The notes below the pieces were generated by a model that saw nothing but the letters and a program-made list of their open reading frames with translations, made no database searches and had not been told where the DNA came from. A program made the translations under genes and the position numbers. From Macrostomum hystrix (lineage: Eukaryota > Animalia > Platyhelminthes), in assembly GCA_950097015.1 (NCBI GenBank), contig CATNEN010000001.1, positions 9,920,001-9,984,000 on the forward strand: a DNA stretch of 64,000 bases. Direction: 5' to 3'. Of this stretch, positions 34,789-47,319 are shown one piece after another (position 1 is the first letter of the stretch; each line of letters starts with the position of its first letter).

Positions 34789-35342
34789 GTCCAGTCTAAT
34801 ATTAGCAACGAAAGTCTCCATTGGCATTCCTAGACCAACATTCGGATTGCAAAATTGATCGAATGACAAAGCACAAGGGGCCCACAATAATTTAAATAAA
34901 TTAATTATTAACAAAGCCTGTTCACTGCACCAAGAACTGCCTTAACTGCATATTTTAAAAATTGATGGGCAAAAATATTCGCATTTCAATTTTTTCCGAA
35001 TCTCCCCCAGGCCCCTTATCAGATTTTGCTGCATTTGTTGCTTTTTTATGCCAATGACCATCAATTGGCGATTTTGGCAGCTAATAAAGAAAGTCTAAAG
35101 ATTTTTTACTCATAAACAGTGTCCGTAAATATACTTCAAAGATAAGACAATCTCAGGAAAAAGCTTTCTATATGCTTGTCACCCACCGCTTTGTGAGTAG
35201 TGTGTTAATCTAAGAGAAGCACAAACGTATTATTAGAAAAAAATTTACTTCTTGCCGTTTTTCCTGCGATTACTGCTAAGATTCTTAATTATATTCCAGT
35301 TTAGAAACTGCGATGATTCTCGATATTATAAATTTCTGGTCT

Positions 35343-35660
35343 CCAGCTCCGATTCCTGCTACGATTCCTGTAACAGTTCCAGCTACGATTCCTGCTACGA
35401 TTCCTGTAACAGTTCCAGCTACGATTCCTGCTACGATTCCTGTAACAGTTCCAGCTACGATTCCTGCTACGATTCCTGTAACAGTTCCAGCTACGATTCC
35501 TGTAACAGTTCCAGCTACGATTCCTGCTACGATTCCTGTAACAGTTCCAGCTACGATTCCTGCTACGATTATTGTAACAGTTCCAGCAACGATTCCTGTA
35601 ACAGTTCCAGCTACGATTCCTGCTACGATTCCTGTAACAGTTCAAACGACGATTCCTGCT
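35343..35660. repeat. 12-bp-based compound repeat (24/36-bp units)
   Basis: Blocks of GCTACGATTCCT and GTAACAGTTCCA. Confidence 0.95.
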
Positions 35661-36525
35661 ATAATTTTTGTGAGGATTTCTTAATAATTATACTAGTTAG
35701 GATATTTTGTAATGCAACTAATGCTCAAACATGTCGGTTATGGCGTTGCCAAAATCCAATCAGTCACAGTCCAAGCATGCAAATGAATATGTGAAAATAA
35801 TTGAGCTTGTAAATCGACAGTGGGTCACAATGGTGTTTGCGCTCTTCATATTGTCCTTCTAGATTCTCGAGGCTTTAAAAATAACTTTTTAGACCTAAAA
35901 ATTTCCACCGTTCAAATTTCAAACGAGCCGCAGCGATGCATTGTTAAAGACGAGCTTACTTCTAGTTTTAGGCATTCAATTTCTAATCACAGTCAACCTT
36001 GCCTGACTAAACACAGCTTTGTTAGCACATTGATCGGGGGCTTTTAACCGGAAATTCCTTTCTTTCCGCTCTGGTACGTTCCTAGCTTTTTATAACTTTA
36101 AAACTGAGAAATGTACATACACCTGTTCCTGACATGTGTTAGACGTTTATGCACTTGTTAAACAGAGACCCAGGTGTTAGACAGCGATCTAACAGGATTA
36201 GAACTGATACTGATTAAAAGTACATTGAAGCCTTCTTTTTCATTTGCAAAACTAGTTTTATATTTAAATAATTTGTTATTAGACTGAATCTGCATTCGCA
36301 GCTTTCAACAGGACATGATGACAGAAGTAAAACATGATGACAGTCAGTCAAAATTATAGCTAACTACGAATAGTTTACTAGTTCAATTGACGAGCAAAAA
36401 AATGACGTAATATTTCAAACAAAGAATCTCGGGTTTCTACAAATCTTTTTGCCAACAACACTGCACAATAGTAGCAAATTGATAAACTTATATAAAAAAT
36501 TGGAATACGAAAGCAAAATATTTTC

Positions 36526-37234
36526 AGATAGCCAGTTAGATAGTTAGTTAGACAGGTAGTTCGACAGCTAGTTAGACAGCTAGTTAGACAGTTAGTTAGA
36601 CAGTTAGTTAGATAGTCAGTTAAATAGTTAGTTAGACAGGTAGTTAGACAGGTAGTTAGACAGCCAGTTAGACAGCTAGTTAGACAGCTAGTTAGATAGT
36701 CAGTTAAATAGTTAGTTAGACAGGTAGTTAGACAGTTAGTTAGACAGTTAGTTAGATAGTCAGTTAAATAGTTAGTTACACAGTTAGTTAGATAGTCAGT
36801 TAAATAGTTAGTTAGACAGTTAGTTAGATAGCCAGTTAGATAGCCAGTTAGATAGCCAGTTAGACAGTTAGTTAGATAGCCAGTTAGATAGCCAGTTAGA
36901 TAGCCAGTTAGATAGCCAGTTAGACAGTTAGTCAGTTAGACAGTTAGTTAGATAGCCAGTTAGATAGCCAGTTAGATAGCCAGTTAGATAGCCAGTTAGA
37001 CAGCCAGTTAGATAGCCAGTTAGATAGCCAGTTAGACAGTTAGTTAGATAGCCAGTTAGATAGCCAGTTAGATAGCCAGTTAGATAGCCAGTTAGACAGT
37101 TAGTTAGATAGCCAGTTAGATAGCCAGTTAGACAGCCAGTTAGATAGCCAGTTAGATAGCCAGTTAGACAGCCAGTTAGATAGCCAGTTAGATAGCCAGT
37201 TAGATAGCCAGTTAGACAGTTAGTTAGACAGCCA
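36526..37234. repeat. 12-bp minisatellite directly after the GPCR paralogue 2 stop codon
   Basis: GTTAGATAGCCA / GTTAGACAGTTA, about 59 copies. Confidence 0.95.
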
Positions 37235-37241
37235 GGTGTCA

Positions 37242-40200
37242 CTAGTCGTGTTGCCGCCGGCAGACGAGCAGTTTTATGCACAGGTTGCGAAAGGCTCTCC
37301 TGTAGTGCCTATAAGCGTAGGCATAGATCAGACTGTTAGTGGCAAAGTGCAGATAGTAGAACCACAGGGCGCAGGCCCGCGCAGTGTTGAACGCCATGTA
37401 CACAAACTGGGATTGCCATTCGATACGAGCGAACGACACGAAGCCGTACATAATTAGAAGATAATTGGGAAAATTGAATGCCACGTATGCTATGCAGTAG
37501 CCTAATAACATTCTGGTGAGCTGGCACTGGTGCTTAAACAGTTCTGTTTGCTGCTGCTGCTGCTGCTGCTGCTGCTGAGGTAGTGCAAGGTAGGGGCATT
37601 GCTGCATTGTCCTATTATTTCGCTGCTGTCGGCAGCAGCAGCAACAGTGAAAGCTGGCGCTGCAGTAGTTGAGACATCGGCCAAAGCATCCTACCCGTTG
37701 TCTGGATGATGCATCGGTGGCAGACTTACCCGCTGTGGCAGCGGTTATGTCACGACAGTGACGAGCTAGATATCGCCCGCCACTAGAGAGGATCGCCGTC
37801 TCCGAGGTAACACAGGTGAGTCGGTCTCTTCCTGCCTCGCACGTGAGTAGACTCAGTTCCAGCTGCGTGGGTTGGGTATCTAGCTGTTAGACAGAGAACT
37901 GCCTGTTAGACAGAGAACTACCTGTTAGACAGAGAACTGCCTGTTAGACAGAGAACTGCCTGTTAGACAGAGAACTGCCTGTTAGACAGAGAACTGCCTG
38001 TTAGACAGAGAACTACCTGTTAGACAGAGAACTGCCTGTTAGACAGAGAACTGCCTGTTAGACAGAGAACTGCCTGTTAGACAGAGAACTACCTGTTAGA
38101 CAGAGAACTGCCTGTTAGACAGAGAACTGCCTGTTAGACAGAGAACTGCCTGTTAGACAGAGAACTGCCTGTTAGACAGAGAACTGCCTGTTAGACAGAG
38201 AACTGCCTGTTAGACAGAAATCTGCCTGTTAGACAGAAATCTGCCTGTTAGACAGAGAACTGCCTGTTAGACAGAGAACTGCGTGTTAGACAGAGAACTG
38301 CCTGTTAGACAGAGAACTGCCTGTTAGACAGAGAACTACCTGTTAGACAGAGAACTGCCTGTTAGACAGAGAACTGCCTGTTAGACAGAGAACTGCCTGT
38401 TAGACAGAGAACTGCCTGTTAGACAGAGAACTGCCTGTTAGACAGAGAACTGCGTGTTAGACAGAGAACTGCCTGTTAGACAGAGAACTGCCTGTTAGAC
38501 AGAGAACTACCTGTTAGACAGAGAACTGCCTGTTAGACAGAGAACTGCCTGTTAGACAGAGAACTGCCTGTTAGACAGAGAACTACCTGTTAGACAGAGA
38601 ACTGCCTGTTAGACAGAGAACTGCCTGTTAGACAGAGAACTGCCTGTTAGACAGAGAACTGCCTGTTAGACAGAGAACTACCTGTTAGACAGAGAACTGC
38701 CTGTTAGACAGAGAACTGCCTGTTAGACAGAGAACTACCTGTTAGACAGAGAACTGCCTGTTAGACAGAGAACTACCTGTTAGACAGAGAACTGCCTGTT
38801 AGACAGAGAACTACCTGTTAGACAGAGAACTGCCTGTTAGACAGAGAACTACCTGTTAGACAGAGAACTGCCTGTTAGACAGAGAACTACCTGTTAGACA
38901 GAGAACTGCCTGTTAGACAGAGAACTGCCTGTTAGACAGAGAACTGCCTGTTAGACAGAGAACTGCCTGTTAGACAGAGAACTGCCTGTTAGACAGAGAA
39001 CTGCCTGTTAGACAGAGAACTGCCTGTTAGACAGAGAACTGCCTGTTAGACAGAGAACTGCCTGTTAGACAGAGAACTGCCTGTTAGACAGAGAACTGCC
39101 TGTTAGACAGAGAACTGCCTGTTAGACAGAGAACTGCCTGTTAGACAGAGAACTGCCTGTTAGACAGAGAACTGCCTGTTAGACAGAAATCTGCCTGTTA
39201 GACAGAAATCTGCCTGTTAGACAGAAATCTGCATATCAGAGAAAAATCTACCAGTTAGACAATAATCTACCTGTTGAGCTGAAATATATTCTTGTTTATT
39301 TTTCTCCGTTTGTTGCTAGAGAGAGAGGAAATAGGTAATTCCAAGAAGTCAAGATTATGTTAAAAATGGTTTGCCCATTGAAATTAGTTCTGACTTTCTT
39401 AGCCGGATGCAAAGCAGGATAATGAATTCGATCCGGCTTGTCAGCTAGTTCACATTTCATTTCCTCCACTGATCTTAAAATTATTAGTTATGATTGAAAA
39501 CAAAATTTTCGGGAACAATTCAATGTGAAATAATAAAATAGGAAGGCCATTTCTCAGAGCTAGGCTGTCGAGGCCAAGGGATGAGAGGAAAAGTTTAGGT
39601 TGGATTAAGGGGTTCTAGGATATAGGATTGAGGGATTGTAGGATATAGGATTGAGGGATTGTAGGATATGGGATTGAGGGATTGTAGGATATGGGATTGA
39701 GGGATTGTAGAATATGGGATTGAGGGATTGTAGAAGATGGGATTGAGGGATTGTAGGATATAGGATTGAGGGATTGTAGTATATAGGATTGAGGGATTGT
39801 AGGATATAGGATTGAGGGATTGTAGGATATTGGATTGAGGATTGTAGGATATAGGATTGAGGGATTGTAGGATATGGGATTGAGGGATTGTAGGATATTG
39901 GATTGGGGGATTGTAGGATATGGGATTGAGGGATTGTAGGATATGGGATTGAGGGATTGTAGGATATGGGATTGAGGGATTGTAGGACAACGGACTGTGG
40001 GATAACGGACTGTGGGATATGGGATTGTGGGATATGAGATTGTGGGATTTGGGATTGTGGGATATGGGATTGCGGGATATGGGATTGTGGGATATGGGAT
40101 TGTGGGATATGTGATTGTGGGATATGGGATTGTGGGATATGGGATTGTGGGATATGGGATTGTGGGATATGGGATTGTGGGATATGGGATTGTGGGATAT

Positions 40201-41016
40201 GGGATTGTGGGATATGTGATTGTGGGATAACGGACTGTGGGATATGAGACTATGGGATATGGATAAGATCCATATGAGACCAATGTCGCTCACCTCGGCA
40301 GGCGCGGTTCCGTTGGCGGCCTCAGTGGCCCTGCTGACTGTGTTAACCAGTCGGTTGATGCGGCAGAGGATGAGTACATTGAGCAGGGTCAGCAGGGCTC
40401 CTGGCAGGAATGACACCAGCACACTGTCTGCCACGATGAGTGCCCTGTTGCTGTCCGTGGACACGCAGATGAGAGTCTGGTTTCCGCCGCCGAGAACATT
40501 CACACCGAAGCTGACAAGCCAAGCGGTGTGCAGGCTCCACAATGCGCAGCCTAGCACAATGCCCAGCAGAAGAAGGTTCGCCCGACGCCGGACGAAGCTG
40601 CCACCGCCGACAGTCTGGGGCAGGTTGGCCTGGCTGGGATTGGCCAGAAACATCAGCCTGTCGACTGTGATGGACACCAGAATCCACGGACTGACGGTGG
40701 AGGTCAGGCTGAAGGCGTAGTGTACAGCTACGCAAGCAGCGGCTGAGTGGTCCTGAATGTGGCCATTGTTTAGAACCAGGGACAGCAGCAGCAGGCAGAG
40801 TGCACTAGCTGACAGTAAACGCAAGCTCACTGACAGGTAGTGACTGCGAACCGGCTGACAGAAGAACACCAGCAGGTTGATGAGATTGGCGGCCACTCCA
40901 GCAAGCATGGTGGCCAAGTTCAGGTAGTGCAAGCAGGCCATGATGATGTGGATGTGGCTAGGAAATGAGTCGGGTGTTGAGTCCGTGCTCTGGTTGTTCA
41001 GCACAGCCAAGCTCAT
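37242..41016 (-). CDS. Class A GPCR paralogue 2, 454 aa; exons 41016-40294 and 37883-37242
   Basis: Exon 1 carries TM1-5 (HYLSVSLRLLSA, ITVDRL, VSFLPG) with donor GAG|GTGAGC. Acceptor CTAACAG|CTA at 37883 opens a stop-free frame into KHQCQLTRML, FNFPNY, HFATNSLIYAYA. Clearly homologous to 29865-31094. Confidence 0.88.
37884..39235. repeat. 19-bp minisatellite forming the 3' end of the GPCR2 intron
   Basis: CTGTTAGACAGAGAACTGC, about 70 copies; on the sense (minus) strand GCAGTTCTCTGTCTAACAG. Confidence 0.98.
39600..40262. repeat. Compound 23-bp + 15-bp minisatellite near the 5' end of the GPCR2 intron
   Basis: GGGATTGTAGGATATGGGATTGA units grading into GGGATTGTGGGATAT units. Confidence 0.95.
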
Positions 41017-41420
41017 GCTGCGATGTCGCTAGTGACGCAATGTTAGCTTAGAAAAAATTCTAGAGAGTGAATATTTTACAGGCTTGAAAATGCAGCTTTA
41101 AATATACTGGCCGAATAATGACAGATGCCTGCATTGATGCCTGCTGTGCTCAAACTGCTAGCGGAATCCACACGACTGGATACTATTGGCTGGTGAAGGC
41201 ACACAGGCCTCACAATCAGCTCCTGTCACTCTCTCCTTGTCCCGTTCACTTGTCTAATGTTTTCACCTGATGAAAAGGCTGCATGCTGTTCCTACCTGAC
41301 TGGGAATTCATTAATTTAGGCGGGCAAATGAAATGAAAATCAGTTCGCGAAATACGCTCGTAACTTCCCCAGACACAAGGTCTATTCAAGAGACAGTCAG
41401 TATCTACTAATTAAAGGATA

Positions 41421-42003
41421 CTAGAGCCTACTCAAATGAGAATAGTAGAGTCTACTCAAATGAGAATAGTAGAGTCTACTCAAATGAGAATGGTAGAGTC
41501 TACTCAAATGAGAATAGTAGAGTCTACTCAAATGAGAATAGTAGAGCCTACTCAAATGAGAATAGTAGAGTCTACTCAAATGAGAATAGTAGAGTCTACT
41601 CAAATGAGAATAGTAGAGTCTACTCAAATGAGAATAGTAGAGTCTACTCAAATGAGAATAGTAGAGTCTACTACAATGAGAATAGTAGAGTCTACTCAAA
41701 TGAGAGTATCAGAGTCTACTCAAATGAGAATAGTAGAGTCTACTCAAATGAGAATAGTAGAGTCTACTCAAATGAGAATAGCAGAGTCTACTCAAATGAG
41801 AATAGTAGAGTCTACTCAAATGAGAATAGTAGAGTCTACTCAAATGAGAATAGTAGAATCTACTCAAATGAGAATAGTAGAATCTACTCAAATGAGAATA
41901 GTAGAGTCTACTCAAATGAGAATAGTAGAGTCTACTCAAATGAGAATAGTAGAGTCTACTCAAATGAGAATAGTAGAGTCTACTCAAATGAGAATAGAGT
42001 CTA
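41421..42003. repeat. 24-bp minisatellite
   Basis: GAGTCTACTCAAATGAGAATAGTA, about 24 copies. Confidence 0.97.
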
Positions 42004-42529
42004 TTATCATTTCTCATTAGTAGAGTCATCATTTTAAACGAGAAGAAAAACAAGCTTTAGTTTCCCCGCTGCAAGCATAAGATATTCTCAATGAAGGCGC
42101 ATCGAAAGGATTAAAAGATTAGAGGGTGGGTCGAGGACAAAATCCCAAACCGGGGACGTCTCTTATAGACATTTTCTTTATGAGGCGTTGATTCGTGCTG
42201 CAAACTCCGTAAAATCCTAATTTCGAATCCGCAAAATCAGCCTGCCAAATATTGCATTGGGTTACAGCTTCGAAAATTATAGATTTTAACCCTTCTGCCC
42301 CGATAAAGCTAATGCAGCGGGTTAATTATTTTCTAACCTGCTCCAGATCGCTGCAATATCTAATCAGGGTATCTAGATTTTTCTAGCTTTTTTGTAACTA
42401 GGCACGGCTTCGTACCCCTGGCGAACCTGTTTCATGCCATGCTAAAATGCTCCCCTATCTCAGGCTTCTCACTCTCACTCTGATAAATATCACTCTGTTG
42501 ATCCGTGAACTGAATGGCACTGCATCGCT

Positions 42530-42981
<452 letters not shown>

Positions 42982-43431
42982 TGCTTTGACTCTGTCAGAA
43001 GGGTAAACCAACCGGATGTGACTACAGAAGTCTGTCCGTATTCTCAGACATAGAGAATAATTTATCTCGTCCATCCGCTCACAAATCCTACTTTTTTGAC
43101 AGAGTGTTGCGCCATCCGTTACTGTGGCAGCCTGTCTGGGATTACAAGCTGGCGTACATCATCCTGCCCAGAACTAAGCCTAGGAGCTCCTGGCGCGGTG
43201 CTGCTAGCTGCAAGTCATTTCCTGTGACTGATAAGCGGGATTAGCCTGAACACGGGTTATCTTCTGAACTCCCCTCACCTATAATCCGAGCACGCAGCTA
43301 TCTCAGAATCCCGTGTCCAAAGGATTGGCCTTCTCAGATTAGGATGACCGGTAAGAGCATCAGAAACTTATTGGCTAAGGTGGTTTCTTATTTTTTTGAA
43401 AGATTTCTACAACAAACGATAATGATAATAT

Positions 43432-43780
43432 TTGCAGGAGGGCTGCGGGCAATGGCACACCATTTGGTGACACTAGACCCGCAGCCAGCGAGGAGGCAAT
43501 TCTGCCCATTCTGCTGACTCCTGAGCACACACGCACACAGATACTGTACGCAGGCCCACGCTCACACAGGTGTGAACATCTGTCCTGAATTTATCATTGT
43601 CAGGCAGTGTACACTCTCACTGTCCCTTGGAGGTTGGCCCTCAAGGGCGTAAATTGCACGACAAGCCCCCAAGCCTTCTCTACGCGGCTGCGCCCCACAA
43701 AATGTGGCCTCACCGCGGAATCGAGCTCAGGGACCTTGGTGCGAGAGGCAAACGCGTTAACCAACTCTGCCACTCAGTGC
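43432..43780 (-). mobile_element. SINE family A, most complete copy
   Basis: Minus strand: A-box GTGGCAGAGTTGG, B-box-like GAGCTCGATTCC, body, and tail ending CCTCCTGCAAATATTATCATTATC. Confidence 0.88.
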
Positions 43781-43879
43781 TTTTATAACGCAATAACGAG
43801 ACAAGACTCTGATGTCTCTATCAGGTTTTAGGATAAATTTGACACAGTTTTGGCTTTAAACAGATAATCACCAGTGCAT

Positions 43880-44441
43880 TGTATTTTAGTCGTAAAGTAC
43901 GGACGAATATTTTAGGAATTAGTGAAAAACTAAGTTTACGAAGGTACAAGAAAAGCTTTGAATTTTCTTAGCTGAAAGCCAAGACTAGCAACTCGATTAC
44001 ACCGTGTAATAGAAGTGGCTGAGCTTGGCTGATTTTCCCATCCTCTGAACAATCGAGTTTAAGAAAGATTTCTCCAGAGAAAAGTACCTGACAATAATCT
44101 CTAACCCAGAACAAAGGCGCACAATGTCCCGATTTCGTCCAGGAAACCACAAACTGGCCTGTGAGACATTGCGCACTGTAAGACCGAAAATCGCCTATGA
44201 AAACAGAACATGCCCAAAATGTAGAGTCGAGGTAGAGAACGAAACTCATATTCTCTTTAGATGCGATTGGTCCGTTTATGTTCCAATAAGAAATAAATTC
44301 ATAGAGAAAGTGGCAGGTACTGTTCGAAATTTCGAAAGCCTAACAGCTGATGACAAAATTGTGTATTTAATGACACAGGAAAGCACCGAATTAACAGAAA
44401 TTTTTGTGGACTTCATAGAAAGCATACTTAAAGCTAGATAA
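43880..44441 (+). pseudogene. 5'-truncated non-LTR retrotransposon 3' end (CCHC knuckle; RTEX-like)
   Basis: RFRPGNHKLACET...ENRTCPKCRVEVENETHILFRC...IRNKF is a typical LINE ORF2 C-terminus; the upstream part is degenerate. Confidence 0.75.
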
Positions 44442-45987
44442 AAAGCCACTGCCCTGAGGCCCATAGTTAGAATGCAACACACACAATAGCTATTCTCCTT
44501 TCGGGAGCAAAGTGATTTCAGTCACAGTTTAAATTTCCTGTTTACATTTCTATATTACATTTTTTTGTTCTAATGCCATTGTTTACCAATTTGCAAACAT
44601 TTTATTTACCTAAATTTAACACAATACATATGATACCCTCAAGCTCAAGTGACAGTGTTTGACTATGGCGTTCTGTATATTTTTCTGGGCTGTGCTCCGA
44701 CCAATTGCTACTAACGTACTGAAGCTGTGGTTGCGCAGAACATGTACATGAATTATCTGAAAAAGCATCCGTTTATATAAAATTAGTCCTGAAACTTATG
44801 CAAGTTTTGCACACTTTGGACAGAAAAGTAGTTCGCGAGAACTTAGTACACATCATCCTTTCGAGGCGTTCAAAATTCCTTCAGTTTGTTAAAATACAGT
44901 TTCGACTTTAAAATTTATCGTCCGCGCTTATTTTACAAGACAAATATTTCATTGTGACGGTGAGATATTTCGATTAAACAACTTCCTGGTTGAAACAAGT
45001 TTAATGTATTCAAAATAACCATTCGTGTCTCGTGTCGATCTTGTGGAAAAGCGTAGAATTCATTTTCTACATATACTACTGCCAGCGCAATGTGCTCAAA
45101 CTAAGGAGCCGCTTAACTTTGACGGAGCGGACTTTGGCTCGCTCTCAGTTGCTATGGAAACGAATTACTGTACTCTAGAAGCCCTTCCTTGGATTCAAAT
45201 CGCTCTATTCCGCCTCTGTGATTCTGTGATTTCCGTAAGGTGCATTTCCGGCCAATAAAATAGTTTTAACATGCAGTAAAAATGGCAGTTTCTTTTAGTT
45301 TTCAACTTTTTGTCTCCAGTTTCTGTTATATTCTTAAGTTTTGCGACATCAGAGACACAAAGTCACCTGAAATGTACAGTCAACAACAATTTTCTATACA
45401 ATCAGAACATTATTTGCGGCATAAAAAAGGCGCACCCTCAGAAATCGCGCCCTCTCATCCCCATTGTTATGGTGTTGTTCCCGAGACCAACATGGCTAGA
45501 CCTTCCGCGGAAGCCGGAACCACGTCAGGAACTTGAAGTGCATAAGAGCAATTCGCCGATAGAAGAAGGCAGCAGGCAGTGTGCCAAACTCTTCTCTCTC
45601 TAGCTGTACCCTTTCTATAGTTGTACGCGCCAGGCTGAAGACTTGACGGCAGCTACGTGATTTGCGCCTGACGCTATTGAACCAGGTCCTCATTTCCACC
45701 TTACTGACCCGCTGCAAGAATGTGCCATTCATGCATGCGCGCATTTGACAATATAAATTAATGCTGCATGAGCCAAGAACTGCTGACGCAGCCAAATATA
45801 CTGGCCTCAAAATAATTTCCATACCTAATCTGCATGCCTACCTGCAAGCTTGATTAATTATTAATTACTATTTCTGACATTGTAGCTGGAGAATAAATCA
45901 AACAGCAGTGACCATTGGCAGCCCGGGGCCAGACGATAATCTAGCAACCATCAGTGCCGTCCTCGACAACAGGGACACAAGCAAGCA

Positions 45988-47319
45988 ATGATTCCAAATG
46001 GTAAGCTTCAGCTTGTACTGAACATTGACCTACCGAATGCTGGTGAAAGGCTGCCGAAAAAACCGCGGAGCTCGTCGCCACGAACATCGCCTATACGAAT
46101 GCCATCGCCACCTCAGCGTCAGGCTCCGCTGCAGCCGCCTCCAGCCACGGAGGCTGTCACGCCGAAGCAGCTAATCTTACTGACCAGCTCTTCGACAGCT
46201 CCGGGAACGACAAGGTTAGCTGAAATTCCTTCTTCGTCATCGAAGTCCGAGTCGCAAGAAGAACCGTTGGATACAGAGTCTGATATCGAAGCTGACCAGT
46301 CTAGCGACGTGTTTCTGTCCGCCAGGCAACGCCGCCAGAAGCAGCAAGCAGAAATGGAGCAGCGTCTGTTCCGAGCGCCGACCAGGGCAGACGTCCAGCG
46401 AAGCGGAGGGAACAATGGCGGCCAGAGGCTAGTCAGGTTCGATGACGAAGTACCATCGCCGGCTGTAATCAACCTGTCCGGCTTCTTTGCCAGTCAGGCG
46501 GCTCGAGCGAGGCCAATATTTTCGCCGAAATACGATCGGCTCGCACGGCAGCAGCAGAATCATTTCCGACGAAGTGACCGGCGCGGCGGCGGCAGCGGCG
46601 CCAGAGATCCGGACGCGCCACCGCTGATTAGCCTGGCCTCGCTGGATGCCGCCGGCTCCAACAGCGCGCGCAGACAAGCGGCCGCCGGCTGCAGGCGGCG
46701 ATGTCGTCGAGCTTCAGGCATGGGAGCGGCGGTCAAGCCGACACGAACCGTCAATAGTCCGTCGCCGGCAGCAGTGGCACTCATGACGTCATATGGAGCG
46801 TGTTCGGACATTGTGAAGCGAAGGCACCCGCAGCCGCCACCGTCGCCTGTGGGTAACTCAGTGAGCAGAAAATTTAGCATTTTGATTTCGACTAATATTT
46901 GTGGCTTAAGGTGTTTATCTGCCCGCTGATGAATTTGTTCTGCAGCACTTTACAACGACTCGGTCAAATAAATTTCTATTTTTCCTGATCCAAAGGTGCG
47001 AATCGACATTGACCTAACACCTGAAGGACAGCAGCAGCATCAGCAGCAACAGTTTGAACATCAGCTACCGACACAGCATCAACAACAGCAGCACAGTCAG
47101 CAGGGTGGTCATCAGCTCTCTCAGCTGCTTAGCCGGTTCCATCTGCCTAAGGGCTCACTAAACACCAAGGGCTCTGATGAACAGCAACAGCAGCAGCCGG
47201 CGTCGTCGGGTCCGTTTCGACTAGCTGAGCCAAGACTCAAGCTGAACCACTTCGCGGGCTCGCGGCATCCTGGCGCATTCTTCTACCTGAACACCCGAAT
47301 GCACATCCACACACCGTGA
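45988..47319 (+). CDS. Uncharacterised low-complexity protein (~398 aa); exons 45988-46860, 46996-47319
   Basis: Long GC-rich ORF, donor TCA|GTGAGC, acceptor CCAAAG|GTG in phase 0, poly-Q runs; no domain recognised. Confidence 0.6.

Noticed and set aside
39595-40293. SHNPI/YPTIP repeat tail of the 473-aa ORF as a real receptor C-terminus
   Set aside because: It is intron read-through; a strong donor at 40294 and a downstream exon supply TM6-7.
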